Shown: positions 28,147 through 38,631, counted from the stretch's first letter. The stretch: 64,000 nucleotides of DNA from an uncultured delta proteobacterium (GCA_963798485.1 CAWCTR010000023.1:1-64000); one strand, 5' to 3'. Translations and numbers: made by a program. Notes: generated by a model from the letters alone, not told the origin.

Positions 28147-28614
28147 CTAAAGAGAAGACCTGATTTTTTCTAATAATTCCCGCTCAATAACATTCTTGGA
28201 TATGCACTTTTGCCACTTCTGGGTGACATTTGTATCATATGCCTCGATATTGGCAGTGATCTTTACCTGTGTGCTCATGTCATTAATTGGGGTGAGCGTG
28301 ATGGTCAGCGAATAGCCCACCTGGGTATAGAGACCCAGCCTGAGCTCAGGTTTTTCAGCGATATTCAGCAGGTCCTGGTGGGCATGTGCCCCTGCGGAAT
28401 AATTCGCGAAGAGGGTTATTATCTCGCCTTTTTCCTTATTGATGTCCTTTATGGTTAAGGATTTCTTCTCCAACACCTTCAAGGTCACATCCCATACCTT
28501 ATCGAACCGGCCGAGAAAGAAAGAGGTGTCATCCACCATGGGAACAGGAGGTTGTGCAGTAGCACATCCCATGAGGATTATGAGGAGGACTAAAATTGGG
28601 TATCGGTTGATCAT
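28147..28614 (-). CDS. Hypothetical lipoprotein
   Basis: GGAG RBS before ATG 28614; lipobox LMGC. Confidence 0.75.
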   Translation of the reverse strand: MINRYPILVLLIILMGCATAQPPVPMVDDTSFFLGRFDKVWDVTLKVLEKKSLTIKDINKEKGEIITLFANYSAGAHAHQDLLNIAEKPELRLGLYTQVGYSLTITLTPINDMSTQVKITANIEAYDTNVTQKWQKCISKNVIERELLEKIRSSL

Positions 28615-28815
28615 AACACAGCTCCGCATTACATATCAGTTGTCATATTCTTAAATTTACCATTAGCATGTATTTTTATAAAGGTGAATATGGAATTATT
28701 CTAAGGATGTTAATGACAACAGCAGATAGCTACCCTTCAAAGGCTTTACACACCTCTTACTCATGAGACTTTCAAAGTTAACAGGATCAGGCGGAAGGCC
28801 GCGGGAAGGCCCTTA

Positions 28816-29010
28816 TCATGCGGCATGTTTCTGGATCTTATTTGATTTTATGCACTGTGTGCATACCCTTATGCTCTTAACGCCCTGGGCTGTGTCTACC
28901 CGCACCTTCTGGAGATTTGGAAGCCAGACCTTCTTGGACTTGTTCTGTGCATGGGAAACATTATGCCCTGTCTGAGAACCTTTTCCACAAATATCACACC
29001 GTCTTGACAT
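28816..29010 (-). CDS. rpmB: 50S ribosomal protein L28 (four-Cys, zinc-binding type)
   Basis: [31 protein letters not shown]. Confidence 0.97.
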   Translation of the reverse strand: MSRRCDICGKGSQTGHNVSHAQNKSKKVWLPNLQKVRVDTAQGVKSIRVCTQCIKSNKIQKHAA

Positions 29011-29059
29011 GGATGCCTACTCTCTTTCTTCTCTTTTAATTATGAAAAATTAGTTCAAG

Positions 29060-29145
29060 TGGTGCCGAAGCCGGGATTTGAACCCGGACGGGAGTTACCC
29101 ACCACCCCCTCAAGATGGCGTGTCTGCCAATTCCACCACTTCGGC
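29060..29145 (-). tRNA. tRNA-Leu(GAG)
   Basis: Cloverleaf GCCGAAG...CTTCGGC-A-CCA, anticodon loop TT-GAG-GG, long variable arm, TTCAAAT T-loop. Confidence 0.95.
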
Positions 29146-29325
29146 AGTATAACGGAAGTCTTTAATAACAGCCAAAGACACCCCTGTCAATATGGAAATT
29201 GCCGGACATTTTTGCTTATTATAACAGGCCGCTTTTGATTGATTCTTTTTTAAAAACATGTTATTATAATAAATTGCGAGAGGTGTCCCACATTGCACTT
29301 GACAGAGAGGGCATCAACAACTACC

Positions 29326-29344
29326 TATAACGATAATCATTATC
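29326..29344 (+). promoter_or_regulatory. Fur/PerR-family box upstream of dfx
   Basis: TATAACGATAATCATTATC matches 17/19 positions of the classical Fur consensus GATAATGATAATCATTATC; TTGACA at 29299-29304. Confidence 0.7.
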
Positions 29345-29370
29345 AATAGTATAGAGAGGAGGAATGAATC

Positions 29371-29745
29371 ATGGCGAGCAGGCTTGAGGTATATAAGTGT
29401 GAGGTGTGTGGAAATATTGTTGAAGTTCTCCACGAGGGCAAAGGGGAGCTTGTATGCTGCGGCCAACCCATGAAGCTCTATAAGGAAAACACGGTTGATG
29501 CGGCAAAGGAAAAGCATGTCCCGGTTATTGAAAAGACTGCCAAAGGCTTCAAGGTCAAAGTCGGCAGTGTTACCCATCCTATGGAGGAGAAACATTATAT
29601 CGAATGGATCGAACTCCTTGCTGATGGCGTGGCCTACAGAAAATTCTTGAAACCCGGCGATGCCCCTGAAGCAGAGTTCTGTCTTGATGCAGTCCAGGTG
29701 ACAGCAAGGGAATATTGCAATCTCCATGGACTCTGGAAGGCTTAA
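29371..29745 (+). CDS. dfx: Desulfoferrodoxin (2Fe superoxide reductase)
   Basis: [34 protein letters not shown] and YCNLHGLW motifs. Confidence 0.97.
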   Translation: MASRLEVYKCEVCGNIVEVLHEGKGELVCCGQPMKLYKENTVDAAKEKHVPVIEKTAKGFKVKVGSVTHPMEEKHYIEWIELLADGVAYRKFLKPGDAPEAEFCLDAVQVTAREYCNLHGLWKA

Positions 29746-29810
29746 AGTTAATATTGAAAGCCGATTAAGTTTCGAGTTAAGAATTGAAAAAAGGTAAAAG
29801 GAGTTCAAAA

Positions 29811-31019
29811 GTGTCCGGCATATTCAAACCCATTCAAATCAGCGATAAGGTATACTGGGTTGGTGCGGTGGATTGGACGATCCGTGATTTCCACGGATAC
29901 ACTACCAAGCGGGGCAGCACCTATAATGCATATCTCGTACTGGCTGATAAAGTAACGCTCATCGATACGGTAAAGGCCCCCTTCAAGGATGAGATGCTTG
30001 CCCGTATTGCCGGGCTTATTGACCCGAAAGAGATTGATTATATCATTTCAAACCATTCCGAGATGGACCATTCAGGTTGTCTCCCTCAGGTAATGGATGA
30101 GGTGAATCCGGAGAAGGTCTTTGCCTCGCAGATGGGTGTCAAGGCCCTTCATGATCACTTCACCATAGATGATGAGATCATACCGGTTAAAGATGGTGAA
30201 AAACTGAACCTTGGGAACATGAACATCACCTTCATGGAAACCCGCATGCTCCATTGGCCTGACAGTATGTTCAGTTACCTGCATGAGGATAAGCTCCTCT
30301 TCTCCCAGGATGCCTTTGGTATGCATCTGGCCACGACTGAGCGTTTTGCAGATGAAATCAAAAAGGATATTATAGAGTACGAGGCCGCTACGTATTACGG
30401 CAATATCCTGCTCCCCTATTCTCCGCTGGTTTTAAAGTTATTAGACAAGGTTGCCGCATCCAACCTGGACATCCGGATCGTTACGCCCGATCATGGTCCG
30501 GTCTGGAGGAAGGATCTTCCCTGGATACTCGGCCTGTACAAAACCTGGGCAGAGCAGAAACCCACCGATAAGGCCGTTATTGTCTACCAGACCATGTGGC
30601 ATAGCACCGAGCATATGGCCAGGGCAGTTGAGGAGGGGCTTTTGTCAGGGGGCTCGCGCGTGAAGATGATGTCCATGAGTGCGTTTCATCGCAGCGACGT
30701 GGCATACGAGGTCCTCGATGCCGGCGCGCTCATTGCAGGATCCCCTACGCTCAACAACAACTTATTACCCGCAATGGCGGATGTCCTCACCTACCTGAAA
30801 GGATTAAGGCCGGTAAATCTTGTCGGCGCTGCATTCGGTTCCTATGGATGGAGCGGTGAGTCACCCAAGCAGGTTCACGACATCCTTTCAGACATGAAGG
30901 TCGATCTCGTAAGCGATCCCATCAAGGCGAAGTATGTGCCGGATAAGGACACCATGCTGAAATGTTTTGAACTTGGTAAGGGTGTTGCGGAGATATTGAA
31001 AAAGCCGGCTAAAAACTAA
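29811..31019 (+). CDS. fprA: Flavodiiron protein (FprA/ROO-type A-type flavoprotein)
   Basis: [36 protein letters not shown] and flavodoxin AFGSYGWSG motifs; AGGAG RBS with GTG start. Confidence 0.93.
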   Translation: MSGIFKPIQISDKVYWVGAVDWTIRDFHGYTTKRGSTYNAYLVLADKVTLIDTVKAPFKDEMLARIAGLIDPKEIDYIISNHSEMDHSGCLPQVMDEVNPEKVFASQMGVKALHDHFTIDDEIIPVKDGEKLNLGNMNITFMETRMLHWPDSMFSYLHEDKLLFSQDAFGMHLATTERFADEIKKDIIEYEAATYYGNILLPYSPLVLKLLDKVAASNLDIRIVTPDHGPVWRKDLPWILGLYKTWAEQKPTDKAVIVYQTMWHSTEHMARAVEEGLLSGGSRVKMMSMSAFHRSDVAYEVLDAGALIAGSPTLNNNLLPAMADVLTYLKGLRPVNLVGAAFGSYGWSGESPKQVHDILSDMKVDLVSDPIKAKYVPDKDTMLKCFELGKGVAEILKKPAKN

Positions 31020-31039
31020 AAGAAAACTCCCTGGAGGTT

Positions 31040-31201
31040 ATGATGCAGAAATATGTTTGTGGTATTTGCGGTTATGTATATGACCCAGCAAAAGGCGATT
31101 CTGAAGCGGATATCCCTGCCGGGACGCCCTTTGACAAGCTGCCCGACGATTGGACCTGTCCGGTATGCGGAGCGGGCAAGGGTGAGTTCTCGCCCGAGTG
31201 A
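31040..31201 (+). CDS. Rubredoxin (53 aa; absent from the ORF track)
   Basis: GGAGG RBS; translated by hand as [53 protein letters not shown]. Confidence 0.97.
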   Translation: MMQKYVCGICGYVYDPAKGDSEADIPAGTPFDKLPDDWTCPVCGAGKGEFSPE

Positions 31202-32061
31202 TGCCATCAAAACTGATAAGACGTACATTCGCTCAGAAGGGCAGTCTCCTGGAAAGACTCTATGCTGACTACAACAGGCCTGGGTTTATCCACCCGGACC
31301 CCCTTGAATTCCTTCAGCTATACCCACAGACCATTGATCGGGAGATCGTCGCCTTTATTGCTTCTTCGCTGGCCTATGGCAGGGTTGCCCAGATTTTAAA
31401 AAGTGTTTCCAGCATACTCGATAAGATGGTTCCTTCTCCGAGTACATTTCTTGAGAGCGCCTCACGGGTATCCCTTGAGAAAGAATTCTCCTGTTTTAAG
31501 CATCGGTTCACCACGAGTGAAGAGATAGTGGATTTTCTTATAGCCATTCAGAAGGTAATCAAGGTCAATGGGTCACTTCACCACTGCTTCCTGATGCGTT
31601 ATGATTGTAAGGATCATGATATTACCCGTTCTCTTGAGTTGTTCGTACAAGAGATAAAGGCACATCTGAGCATGAAGGAGAACAGCCTTCTCCCCTGTCC
31701 GGAGAAGGGGAGTGCATGCAAAAGGCTCCATCTCTTTTTGCGATGGATGGTGCGTAGTGATGCAGTGGACCCTGGCGGATGGGATGATATTTCACCCGCA
31801 AAGCTCATTGTTCCGCTGGATGTTCATATGCACAGGATCTGCATGGCCCTTGGCATGACCTCACGCAAACCCGCCGACCTCAATACGGCCCTTGAGATAA
31901 CGCAAGGCTTCCGTGCTTACGCGCCTGATGACCCGGTAAAATATGATTTTGCCCTCACCAGGATCGGCATAAGAAATGATATCGATCTGAAGGAAATAAT
32001 CGAATATAACTATACAGATCAGGGGAAAATGAATTCTATGGGAGGAGTTTGCAATGGATGA
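31201..32061 (+). CDS. TIGR02757-like protein (HhH-GPD/endonuclease III-related)
   Basis: IHPDP, LAYGRV.QI, SACKRL.LFLRWMVR, PLDVH and DPVKYDFAL motifs. Confidence 0.85.
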   Translation: MPSKLIRRTFAQKGSLLERLYADYNRPGFIHPDPLEFLQLYPQTIDREIVAFIASSLAYGRVAQILKSVSSILDKMVPSPSTFLESASRVSLEKEFSCFKHRFTTSEEIVDFLIAIQKVIKVNGSLHHCFLMRYDCKDHDITRSLELFVQEIKAHLSMKENSLLPCPEKGSACKRLHLFLRWMVRSDAVDPGGWDDISPAKLIVPLDVHMHRICMALGMTSRKPADLNTALEITQGFRAYAPDDPVKYDFALTRIGIRNDIDLKEIIEYNYTDQGKMNSMGGVCNG

Positions 32062-32551
32062 GAAGATCAAGGATGCCATACATCAGGCATACACCGGTGA
32101 ATCGAAGGCCGGCCTCAGGCTCAAGGTCTTTGCAGAAAAGGCGGATCAGGAAGGCTATCCCCAGCTTGCTAAGCTCTTTCGTGTAATATCTTTCTCTGAA
32201 GAACTCCATGGCAAGAGGGCCTTGAGGCTGATGAAAGAAATCAAGAGCACTGAGGAAAACCTTGCCGAGAGTTTCGAGTCGGAAACAAGGGTTGCAGGTG
32301 TAGCATACGACAGCTTCATTAAATATGCCGAAGAGGTGGATGATAAGGCAGCCTCTCTTTACTTCAGCCAGTCCCGCGATGTGGAAGAGATCCATGCCAA
32401 GCTCTATAAAGAGGCCATGGACCATGTTCTCGAGGAAAGGCAGACTACTTATTATGTCTGCGATATCTGTGGATATGTCTCCGACGGGGTTCTGCCTGAA
32501 GAATGTCCGGTCTGCGGGGCCAAGAAAGACAGGTTTGTGACTTTCGAATAG
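32054..32551 (+). CDS. Rubrerythrin-family protein
   Basis: GESKA, EELHG, VEEIHA and a C-terminal CDICGY..CPVCGA rubredoxin domain. Confidence 0.92.
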   Translation: MDEKIKDAIHQAYTGESKAGLRLKVFAEKADQEGYPQLAKLFRVISFSEELHGKRALRLMKEIKSTEENLAESFESETRVAGVAYDSFIKYAEEVDDKAASLYFSQSRDVEEIHAKLYKEAMDHVLEERQTTYYVCDICGYVSDGVLPEECPVCGAKKDRFVTFE

Positions 32552-32564
32552 AAGTGATAACCGA

Positions 32565-33356
32565 TCAGGTAGTGGGCATGGTGGTGAATACCCCCCTCGG
32601 GTCCACTTCGGTCCTTAAGAGCTTCAGGGTGTCGTCCGGGATCACTGGTGTCTGAGGGATCTCGCCCTCGGGCTTCAGGAGTTCGAACCCGGTGAACTGC
32701 TGGGTAAAGTCAAGAGTCCACCCGGGCAGCAGCGACTTGACCCTCATGCGCTTGGTCACCGGTTCAAAGTCGAACTCGCCGCACTGGGAGATGACCATTG
32801 CAGGGCCGTTGCCTATGAGGCCGGCCTCCTTCCGGGAGTTTCCTCCTTTCAGATAACCCACCGAGGTCATGAAATCGACGTTCTTGACGAACTTGTCCGG
32901 AGTCTGGACACCTACCAGGACCAGGTTATCGGAGAGTGATGCGAGGTCGTTGTTGCCGCCGGAGCCGGTCATGCGGACCTTGGGGTGGAGGAGGTCGGTC
33001 CCGATCTGGTGGGTGTTCACGTTGCCGTACATATCCACCTGGGCAAAGCCCAAAAAGGCGATGTCGATATAGCCGTTGTAGCACTGGGCAAAGGAATAGG
33101 CCATCTCCATGACGGCAGGTGCCTTGCGCCAGGTGAACGGGCAGCCCACGGACCAGGGCATGTCGCCTTCTATGGGGTCCTGGCCGCCTGATTCATAGAC
33201 CATGGTGATGTCCGGGGCATGGGTCCTCTTTGCCAGGATTGCCGCCACCATGGGGATTCCGGTGCCGATATAGACGATCTTATGGTCGTGGATCTGTTTT
33301 GCAAGGATGTATGCGAGCATCTCCAGCGGGTTGGCAGGTGCGTTCACGTCTTTCAT
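32565..33356 (-). CDS. CoA-transferase subunit B (glutaconate CoA-transferase-like)
   Basis: GTGIP, YESG (catalytic Glu), AQVDMYGNVN and GSGGNND motifs. Confidence 0.88.
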   Translation of the reverse strand: MKDVNAPANPLEMLAYILAKQIHDHKIVYIGTGIPMVAAILAKRTHAPDITMVYESGGQDPIEGDMPWSVGCPFTWRKAPAVMEMAYSFAQCYNGYIDIAFLGFAQVDMYGNVNTHQIGTDLLHPKVRMTGSGGNNDLASLSDNLVLVGVQTPDKFVKNVDFMTSVGYLKGGNSRKEAGLIGNGPAMVISQCGEFDFEPVTKRMRVKSLLPGWTLDFTQQFTGFELLKPEGEIPQTPVIPDDTLKLLRTEVDPRGVFTTMPTT

Positions 33357-33371
33357 AGTGCCCTCCAGTCT

Positions 33372-34460
33372 TTAGTAATAAAGCCCGGAATCGTGTGTCC
33401 GGGTGTATTCTTCGTATGAGAAGTCGATGTCCTCGTGGTCGCCCTCGGCGGCCTTGGTCTGGATCCTTGCCTCGGCGATCCACTTGGCCCCGCCCAGCTT
33501 GTCCACGAACTCGAACTGGTCCTTAACGCCGTGGACCCATTCATCAAAGAATACCTTGAGGTTTTCGTCGCTGGAGCAGCCCAGCCTGATCAGTTTCTCC
33601 CACCACTGGCGGGACCAGTAGTAATAGCCGGGCATATTACCGGGGACTGCCCCGAAGGGCATCTCCACCACGGCATCCGCATAGAAGAACGGGATGATAG
33701 TCCCTTTTCTGCTGCGGATGTCGGACTCGGGCACGATCTCTTCGGCCGTGATGATGAGCTTTCGTGCCGCAGAGGAGGTTGCCACATCATTGACCGTGGG
33801 GCCATAGATGTATGCGTTGCCGTACTTGTCCGCAACCTGGCAGTGGATGATGGAGACATCCGGATAGAGCGCCGGGATGAAGACAACCGGATCCGGGTCT
33901 TTCTTCAGAGGGTTCTGCACGACTTGGATGTACGGATTATATTTGACTATGTCCGAGCCGAGCATCTGCTTGCTGAAGATACCGGGCGTGCCGAGCTGGG
34001 CTGCCTTGAGCCCAAGGGCCACGCCCCCATGGCTCCACTCTGAAAGGATCTTCACCCTGCCTGCCCTGAGCATGCGGTCGTAGTTCCGGTCAATACCCCG
34101 CATCTCTACGCCCACGTAGGAATTGTGCGAGTAATCGACGTTGTTGTTGAAGATCATGAAACTGTGGTTCGTGTTCGGCGCACCGATGCACTGCAGGTTC
34201 TTCTTTCCCTGGCGCATGATCTCCCAATAGGCCTGGTGGGGTGTCCTGACATAGGCAAACCCGGAATCGGTCATGACATCGCCGTCGGTCACAAAGGTTG
34301 CGATCGCATCTTTGAGTGACATCCTCTTGTCAACCTTTGCGTGTTCCTTTTTAAGATGGGCTTCCCGGGCCGATTCGAAGTCCACGAGTCTATCGAGGAT
34401 GCTTGTGTCTTCGATCTTGAGATTATTGAGAGCCTCTTGGTTATACTGAAATGAACTCAT
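33372..34460 (-). CDS. CoA-transferase subunit A (glutaconate CoA-transferase-like)
   Basis: MSLKDAI..VTDGD, EWSHG, LGSD, PDVSIIH.Q.AD.YGNA and IITAEEIV motifs. Confidence 0.88.
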   Translation of the reverse strand: MSSFQYNQEALNNLKIEDTSILDRLVDFESAREAHLKKEHAKVDKRMSLKDAIATFVTDGDVMTDSGFAYVRTPHQAYWEIMRQGKKNLQCIGAPNTNHSFMIFNNNVDYSHNSYVGVEMRGIDRNYDRMLRAGRVKILSEWSHGGVALGLKAAQLGTPGIFSKQMLGSDIVKYNPYIQVVQNPLKKDPDPVVFIPALYPDVSIIHCQVADKYGNAYIYGPTVNDVATSSAARKLIITAEEIVPESDIRSRKGTIIPFFYADAVVEMPFGAVPGNMPGYYYWSRQWWEKLIRLGCSSDENLKVFFDEWVHGVKDQFEFVDKLGGAKWIAEARIQTKAAEGDHEDIDFSYEEYTRTHDSGLYY

Positions 34461-34502
34461 GTACTATTACCCCCTTGGTTTCCCTATAGTCTTTATAGAC
34501 AA

Positions 34503-34518
34503 AGCGAAAACTATGCCA
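34503..34518 (-). promoter_or_regulatory. Putative sigma54 (-24/-12) promoter for the CoA-transferase operon
   Basis: TGGCATAGTTTTCGCT has correct GG-N10-GC spacing, ~43 bp upstream of the start. Confidence 0.55.
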
Positions 34519-34644
34519 TGAGGCTTCGTAGTTGGAAATATACAGTAACTGCCAAGTAATGTTTCGATTTATTTCTATTAAAGATAGTTGAGAGATACCG
34601 GAGATGCAAGGTATTCCCTTCGTGCCAGAGGGCATCAGACCATA

Positions 34645-35988
34645 TTATGGTGCTTGCCCCATAATATCGCCCATAGCAGGATTATTTTTCTTGATGGCCT
34701 GCCTGAAACTCAACAGGTTACCAAGGAACCCCCACTGGCGATACTCAGGTGTTTGTGTTGTGGAAACCAGGAAGGACAGCGAGAATTTTTGGGCGTCCCC
34801 CTTCTTCTCAATATATATCGTACGCCAGAGGATGCTCATCTCAGACGATGACCCATCCGAGGCGCCTTCGGCAATACTGAGAACCGGACCCCAGACCCGT
34901 GAAAATCCATCATCGAAAAAGAGGGGTAAGAGGCAGGGGAGGTGCCACTCACTGTGCTCGCCTTCCTGGAGGGTGTAAAGGAATGGCCAGAGGATCACCC
35001 TCTTGGATGTCTGTCCATCTGAGGCCGTCTTGTTTGTAAACCAGTCCATCAGGAGTATGGTGAGAGTCTCTTCATCAGAGCCGGTGTCTTCTTCGTGCCA
35101 CGAACCCTTGTACCACAGGGGCCATAAGAGATATTCCTTGGAATAGGTCCTGCCATCAGACTTCGTCCAGTATAACGGGAAGAACTTGATCTCTTCATAT
35201 GCCCCTGTAGCTATGCGGAAAATGGGCCAGGGGAAATCCACGCTCATATGGTGAGCCAGGTCGTCTCGGTTGTAGTTGAAGAAAGGCCAGAGGATGGATA
35301 TATTCCGGTAAGTGGGTCCCCGGTCATACCGGAACAAAGGCAGGATGGCATCCATTTTATGGTTATCCGGGCCTCTTGACTCTTGGATGAACGGCCAGAG
35401 AAGATATTGGGATTGCGAATCTTCCGATTTCTCCCATCCGTAGAGGGGAAAGACCCTGAAGAGCCTCCCCTGGCTGTAGGAAAAAACGGGCCAGAGAAAG
35501 GTGTAGGTGGTCTTCTCATCGAGGGTTGTATCGGCATAGAGCGGCAGGAGGAAGAAGCGGGCCCTTGTATAGCCGAACCGGTGATACATGGTTCCATAGA
35601 CAGGAAATATACCCCAATAGGAGGTGTCTTTATATCTCCCATAAAATACAGGGAAGATTTCTGTGTGCTCCTGGTCCTCCTGTTCCTTCTGATCAGTATG
35701 CCTGTAGAGGGGAAAGAAGAGGCCGCGCTCTTTTGAAAAACTGCCGAGGGGATAGAGGATGTCCACCTCCGAAGTATCTCTGTCCATGTAGTAAAAAGGT
35801 CTTATTGCCCTTATATGGTCAGAGAATTCAAGGACAGGGCCAAAACCGCGGAATGTGTGCTCACCACCTTGTGATTCGTATGAAAAAAAGGGATCGGCAT
35901 CGACCTGGCCGGCATATACCGGCAAAGATAAGAGGGGGGGCACGAATAAGAGGAGACTCAAGCAACGAAAAAACAGCCTGTGGTTCAT
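34645..35988 (-). CDS. Secreted/outer-membrane protein built from repeated aromatic-Pro (F/W-P-L/F-Y/F) units
   Basis: Signal peptide plus more than a dozen repeats such as FFPLY, IFPVF, LWPVF, LWPFI and LWPLW. Confidence 0.75.
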   Translation of the reverse strand: MNHRLFFRCLSLLLFVPPLLSLPVYAGQVDADPFFSYESQGGEHTFRGFGPVLEFSDHIRAIRPFYYMDRDTSEVDILYPLGSFSKERGLFFPLYRHTDQKEQEDQEHTEIFPVFYGRYKDTSYWGIFPVYGTMYHRFGYTRARFFLLPLYADTTLDEKTTYTFLWPVFSYSQGRLFRVFPLYGWEKSEDSQSQYLLWPFIQESRGPDNHKMDAILPLFRYDRGPTYRNISILWPFFNYNRDDLAHHMSVDFPWPIFRIATGAYEEIKFFPLYWTKSDGRTYSKEYLLWPLWYKGSWHEEDTGSDEETLTILLMDWFTNKTASDGQTSKRVILWPFLYTLQEGEHSEWHLPCLLPLFFDDGFSRVWGPVLSIAEGASDGSSSEMSILWRTIYIEKKGDAQKFSLSFLVSTTQTPEYRQWGFLGNLLSFRQAIKKNNPAMGDIMGQAP

Positions 35989-35992
35989 TCTA

Positions 35993-37018
35993 TTACCAGA
36001 CGAGGCCTAAGATCGTCCCCATAACGGTGATCGGCGTTTGTTCCTCGATGCCTTGGGCCGCACGGTTTGCACTATGGAGGGTCTCTTTCAGGCTCACATA
36101 AACCTCGTCATCTTTTATAAGATGCCCGATGGTTCCCCTGCCTGATGCAATATCATCGGTGATCACCTTCAGGTTCTTCGTTGTTTCAGCAAGGTCGTAA
36201 TAGAGAGTGTTGTCATTCATGAGCATGCCCAGAGTGCCGTTTCCATTCATCCTGTCCATCAGCAGTTGGGCCGACTCCATGAAATCCACCATAGAATTGT
36301 AGAGCGATTCGTCAGTGACAAGCTTTCCCAGCGATCCCTGACCGGAGCTGATGGTACTGACCATTTCGTCGATATTCTTGCTTGTACTCGTAAGGTTATG
36401 GGAGACCACGGTAAAATTCTCGGTGAGATCCTTCATGTTTGACAGGATGTCCGTGATGTTTTCTTTATTCTCAGCTACAAGGGATGAGGTGTTCGCACTC
36501 AGATCGCGCAGGTTGACTACGATATCCTTCATTACTTCAGGATCACCAAAGGCCTCATTGAGTGATGCACTCAATTCAGTGAGGTTACGGGCAAGCTCGC
36601 CGACCTGTATGAGCAGCGTGTCCATCGACGGCGGAACCTTTGTCCTGGCCAGGTTTCCTCCGGGATCAACAAGATTCTTGGATACCCCGGGCGTTAAGAT
36701 GATTATCTTATCCCCCAGCACGCCCTTTGTCCCGATGGAGGCCGTAGAGTCGATGGGGAGTTTTATATCCTCATCGAGTGCAACGGAAACTACTGCCGAG
36801 TAATCCTTGTTCAGAGAGATCCCCGTCACCTTGCCGACCTGCACCCCTGCCAGTTCGAGGATGGAGGAGACTTTAAGTCCTTCAACCGTGGAGAATGACA
36901 TGGTGATCGGGTATGTCCCTTTCTTCGTCAGGTTCAATTCCCCGATCTTCACGGAGAGGACTAAGAAGATGATAAGGATAAAGACAACAAAGATACCGAC
37001 CCTTGCTTCGTTGCTCAT
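35993..37018 (-). CDS. MlaD/MCE-family protein with a long helical extension
   Basis: EARVGIFV TM segment, GLKVS..LAGVQVGKV, GVLGDK.I.LTPG, repeated G.GTLG.L..D..LY. Confidence 0.9.
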   Translation of the reverse strand: MSNEARVGIFVVFILIIFLVLSVKIGELNLTKKGTYPITMSFSTVEGLKVSSILELAGVQVGKVTGISLNKDYSAVVSVALDEDIKLPIDSTASIGTKGVLGDKIIILTPGVSKNLVDPGGNLARTKVPPSMDTLLIQVGELARNLTELSASLNEAFGDPEVMKDIVVNLRDLSANTSSLVAENKENITDILSNMKDLTENFTVVSHNLTSTSKNIDEMVSTISSGQGSLGKLVTDESLYNSMVDFMESAQLLMDRMNGNGTLGMLMNDNTLYYDLAETTKNLKVITDDIASGRGTIGHLIKDDEVYVSLKETLHSANRAAQGIEEQTPITVMGTILGLVW

Positions 37019-38631
37019 GGAAGAATCCTTTTCTTGAGCTCATCACTGTCTTTTTTGTCCTTCTTGATGAGTAGGTTGATCTTCTCCTTTAAGGCGTTGT
37101 TCACTGACCGGTTAAGGATAGACGACTTGAGGTAATAGTCAAGGGCCTTGTCCGTCTGGCCTAAGCCTTTGAGGATATCTCCCATATGCTCATTCACGAT
37201 AGGGTCGTCTTTCAAGGTCTTCAGTACCGTTTCCATCTTCACAAGCGCTTCTGCAGGCTTGCCCATTTTAAAGAGCACCCATGCCATGGAATCGAGGATG
37301 AAGGGATCATCAGGCTTCATCTCAAGGGCATCCTTGATCATGGAATATGCTTTATCCAGGTTCACACCACGGTCCGCCCATACATAACCGATAAAGTTCA
37401 AGGCAATGGGGTCTTGCGGATCCTTTTCGAGTAGATTCTCGGCTATTTTTAACCCTTCATCCTTCCTGCCCATTGTATCCAGTTCGGTTGCGAGCTGATA
37501 GCCGATTTCGTTGCAGGTACCGAGATCTGCGTAGTCTTTCCACGCAGATTCCAGCAGGACCACCGCCTGGTCGGTTTTGTTCATACTCTTGAGGATGGAG
37601 GACTTGAGCATGGTGATGTCGCACCCCAACCTTCCTGTAACAGGTATCTCCTTGAGTATGTTCAGCGCATCCTCGTACTTTTCAAGGCCTGCATAACCCA
37701 GCGCTAGGTAGTACTTGTCATCGTCGGTTATCTCTTTCAGGCCTTTGATGAGTATCAGGGCATCCTCAAACATACCTTCCTGGAGTTCGAGGATAATGAG
37801 CTTTCGCAGGAGCAGGCCGTCCGGGGCCACCTCAATGAGTGACTTCAGGTGGGTTATGGCGTCTTTGTAGCGCTTGTGATCGATATAAAAATCAACCAAG
37901 GCAAGATGCGCCTCATTAGAGAACGGGTCTACATCTAAAAGCTTGCGATAGGTTTCTTCCGCCTGTGCCTGTTCGCCCAGGAGATTCTGAATCCGGGCAA
38001 GGTCGATATATGCAGGTACGAAGTCAAGCCGTGCATCGATGGCCTTTTTTAGGTTTTCCTTGGCGCAGGTGAAGTCCCGAGCCCCCATACATGCCTTGGA
38101 TAGGGTGTAATAAATGATGCTGTCATCACCCTTGCCGATCAGACCCTTGAGGGTGGCCTGGGCCTGCTTGAAGTCACCAGTGATGATCTGAAGATTGGCA
38201 AGAAACAGTCTGATCTGGGTGTTATCAGGGTATTTCTTGACAAGGGCCTCGGTATCTTGGATTGCCAGTTGCCAGTTGCCGTCTTTGGCGTAGATCCTGG
38301 TCCTCATCTCCAGGGCGTCACCGATATACGTTCCCTCATCGATAACCTTCTTCAGCGAGGCAAGGGCTGTAGCGCTATCTTCCAAGATGAAGTAGATCCT
38401 GGCCTTTGCGAGCCAGGCAAAGGGATCTTCAAGGCGTGAATACAGCTCTAACGCCTTTAACCAATTCCCCTGATTCTCCTCATACCTTCCGAGCATCATG
38501 ATGAGGTTCTTATCCTGTACTGTCTCATAGGGTGATTTCTCGACAACAGGGGCATGGGCGCATCCAAGGAGCAAGCCAAGAAGCACTATTGCAACAGCGG
38601 ATCTAATGTGAAACAGAGAATACAATGTCAA
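37015..38631 (-). CDS. TPR-repeat lipoprotein
   Basis: Lipobox LLGC; ALNFIGY.WAD, ILDSMAWVLF and EHMGD TPR motifs. Confidence 0.85.
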   Translation of the reverse strand: MTLYSLFHIRSAVAIVLLGLLLGCAHAPVVEKSPYETVQDKNLIMMLGRYEENQGNWLKALELYSRLEDPFAWLAKARIYFILEDSATALASLKKVIDEGTYIGDALEMRTRIYAKDGNWQLAIQDTEALVKKYPDNTQIRLFLANLQIITGDFKQAQATLKGLIGKGDDSIIYYTLSKACMGARDFTCAKENLKKAIDARLDFVPAYIDLARIQNLLGEQAQAEETYRKLLDVDPFSNEAHLALVDFYIDHKRYKDAITHLKSLIEVAPDGLLLRKLIILELQEGMFEDALILIKGLKEITDDDKYYLALGYAGLEKYEDALNILKEIPVTGRLGCDITMLKSSILKSMNKTDQAVVLLESAWKDYADLGTCNEIGYQLATELDTMGRKDEGLKIAENLLEKDPQDPIALNFIGYVWADRGVNLDKAYSMIKDALEMKPDDPFILDSMAWVLFKMGKPAEALVKMETVLKTLKDDPIVNEHMGDILKGLGQTDKALDYYLKSSILNRSVNNALKEKINLLIKKDKKDSDELKKRILP

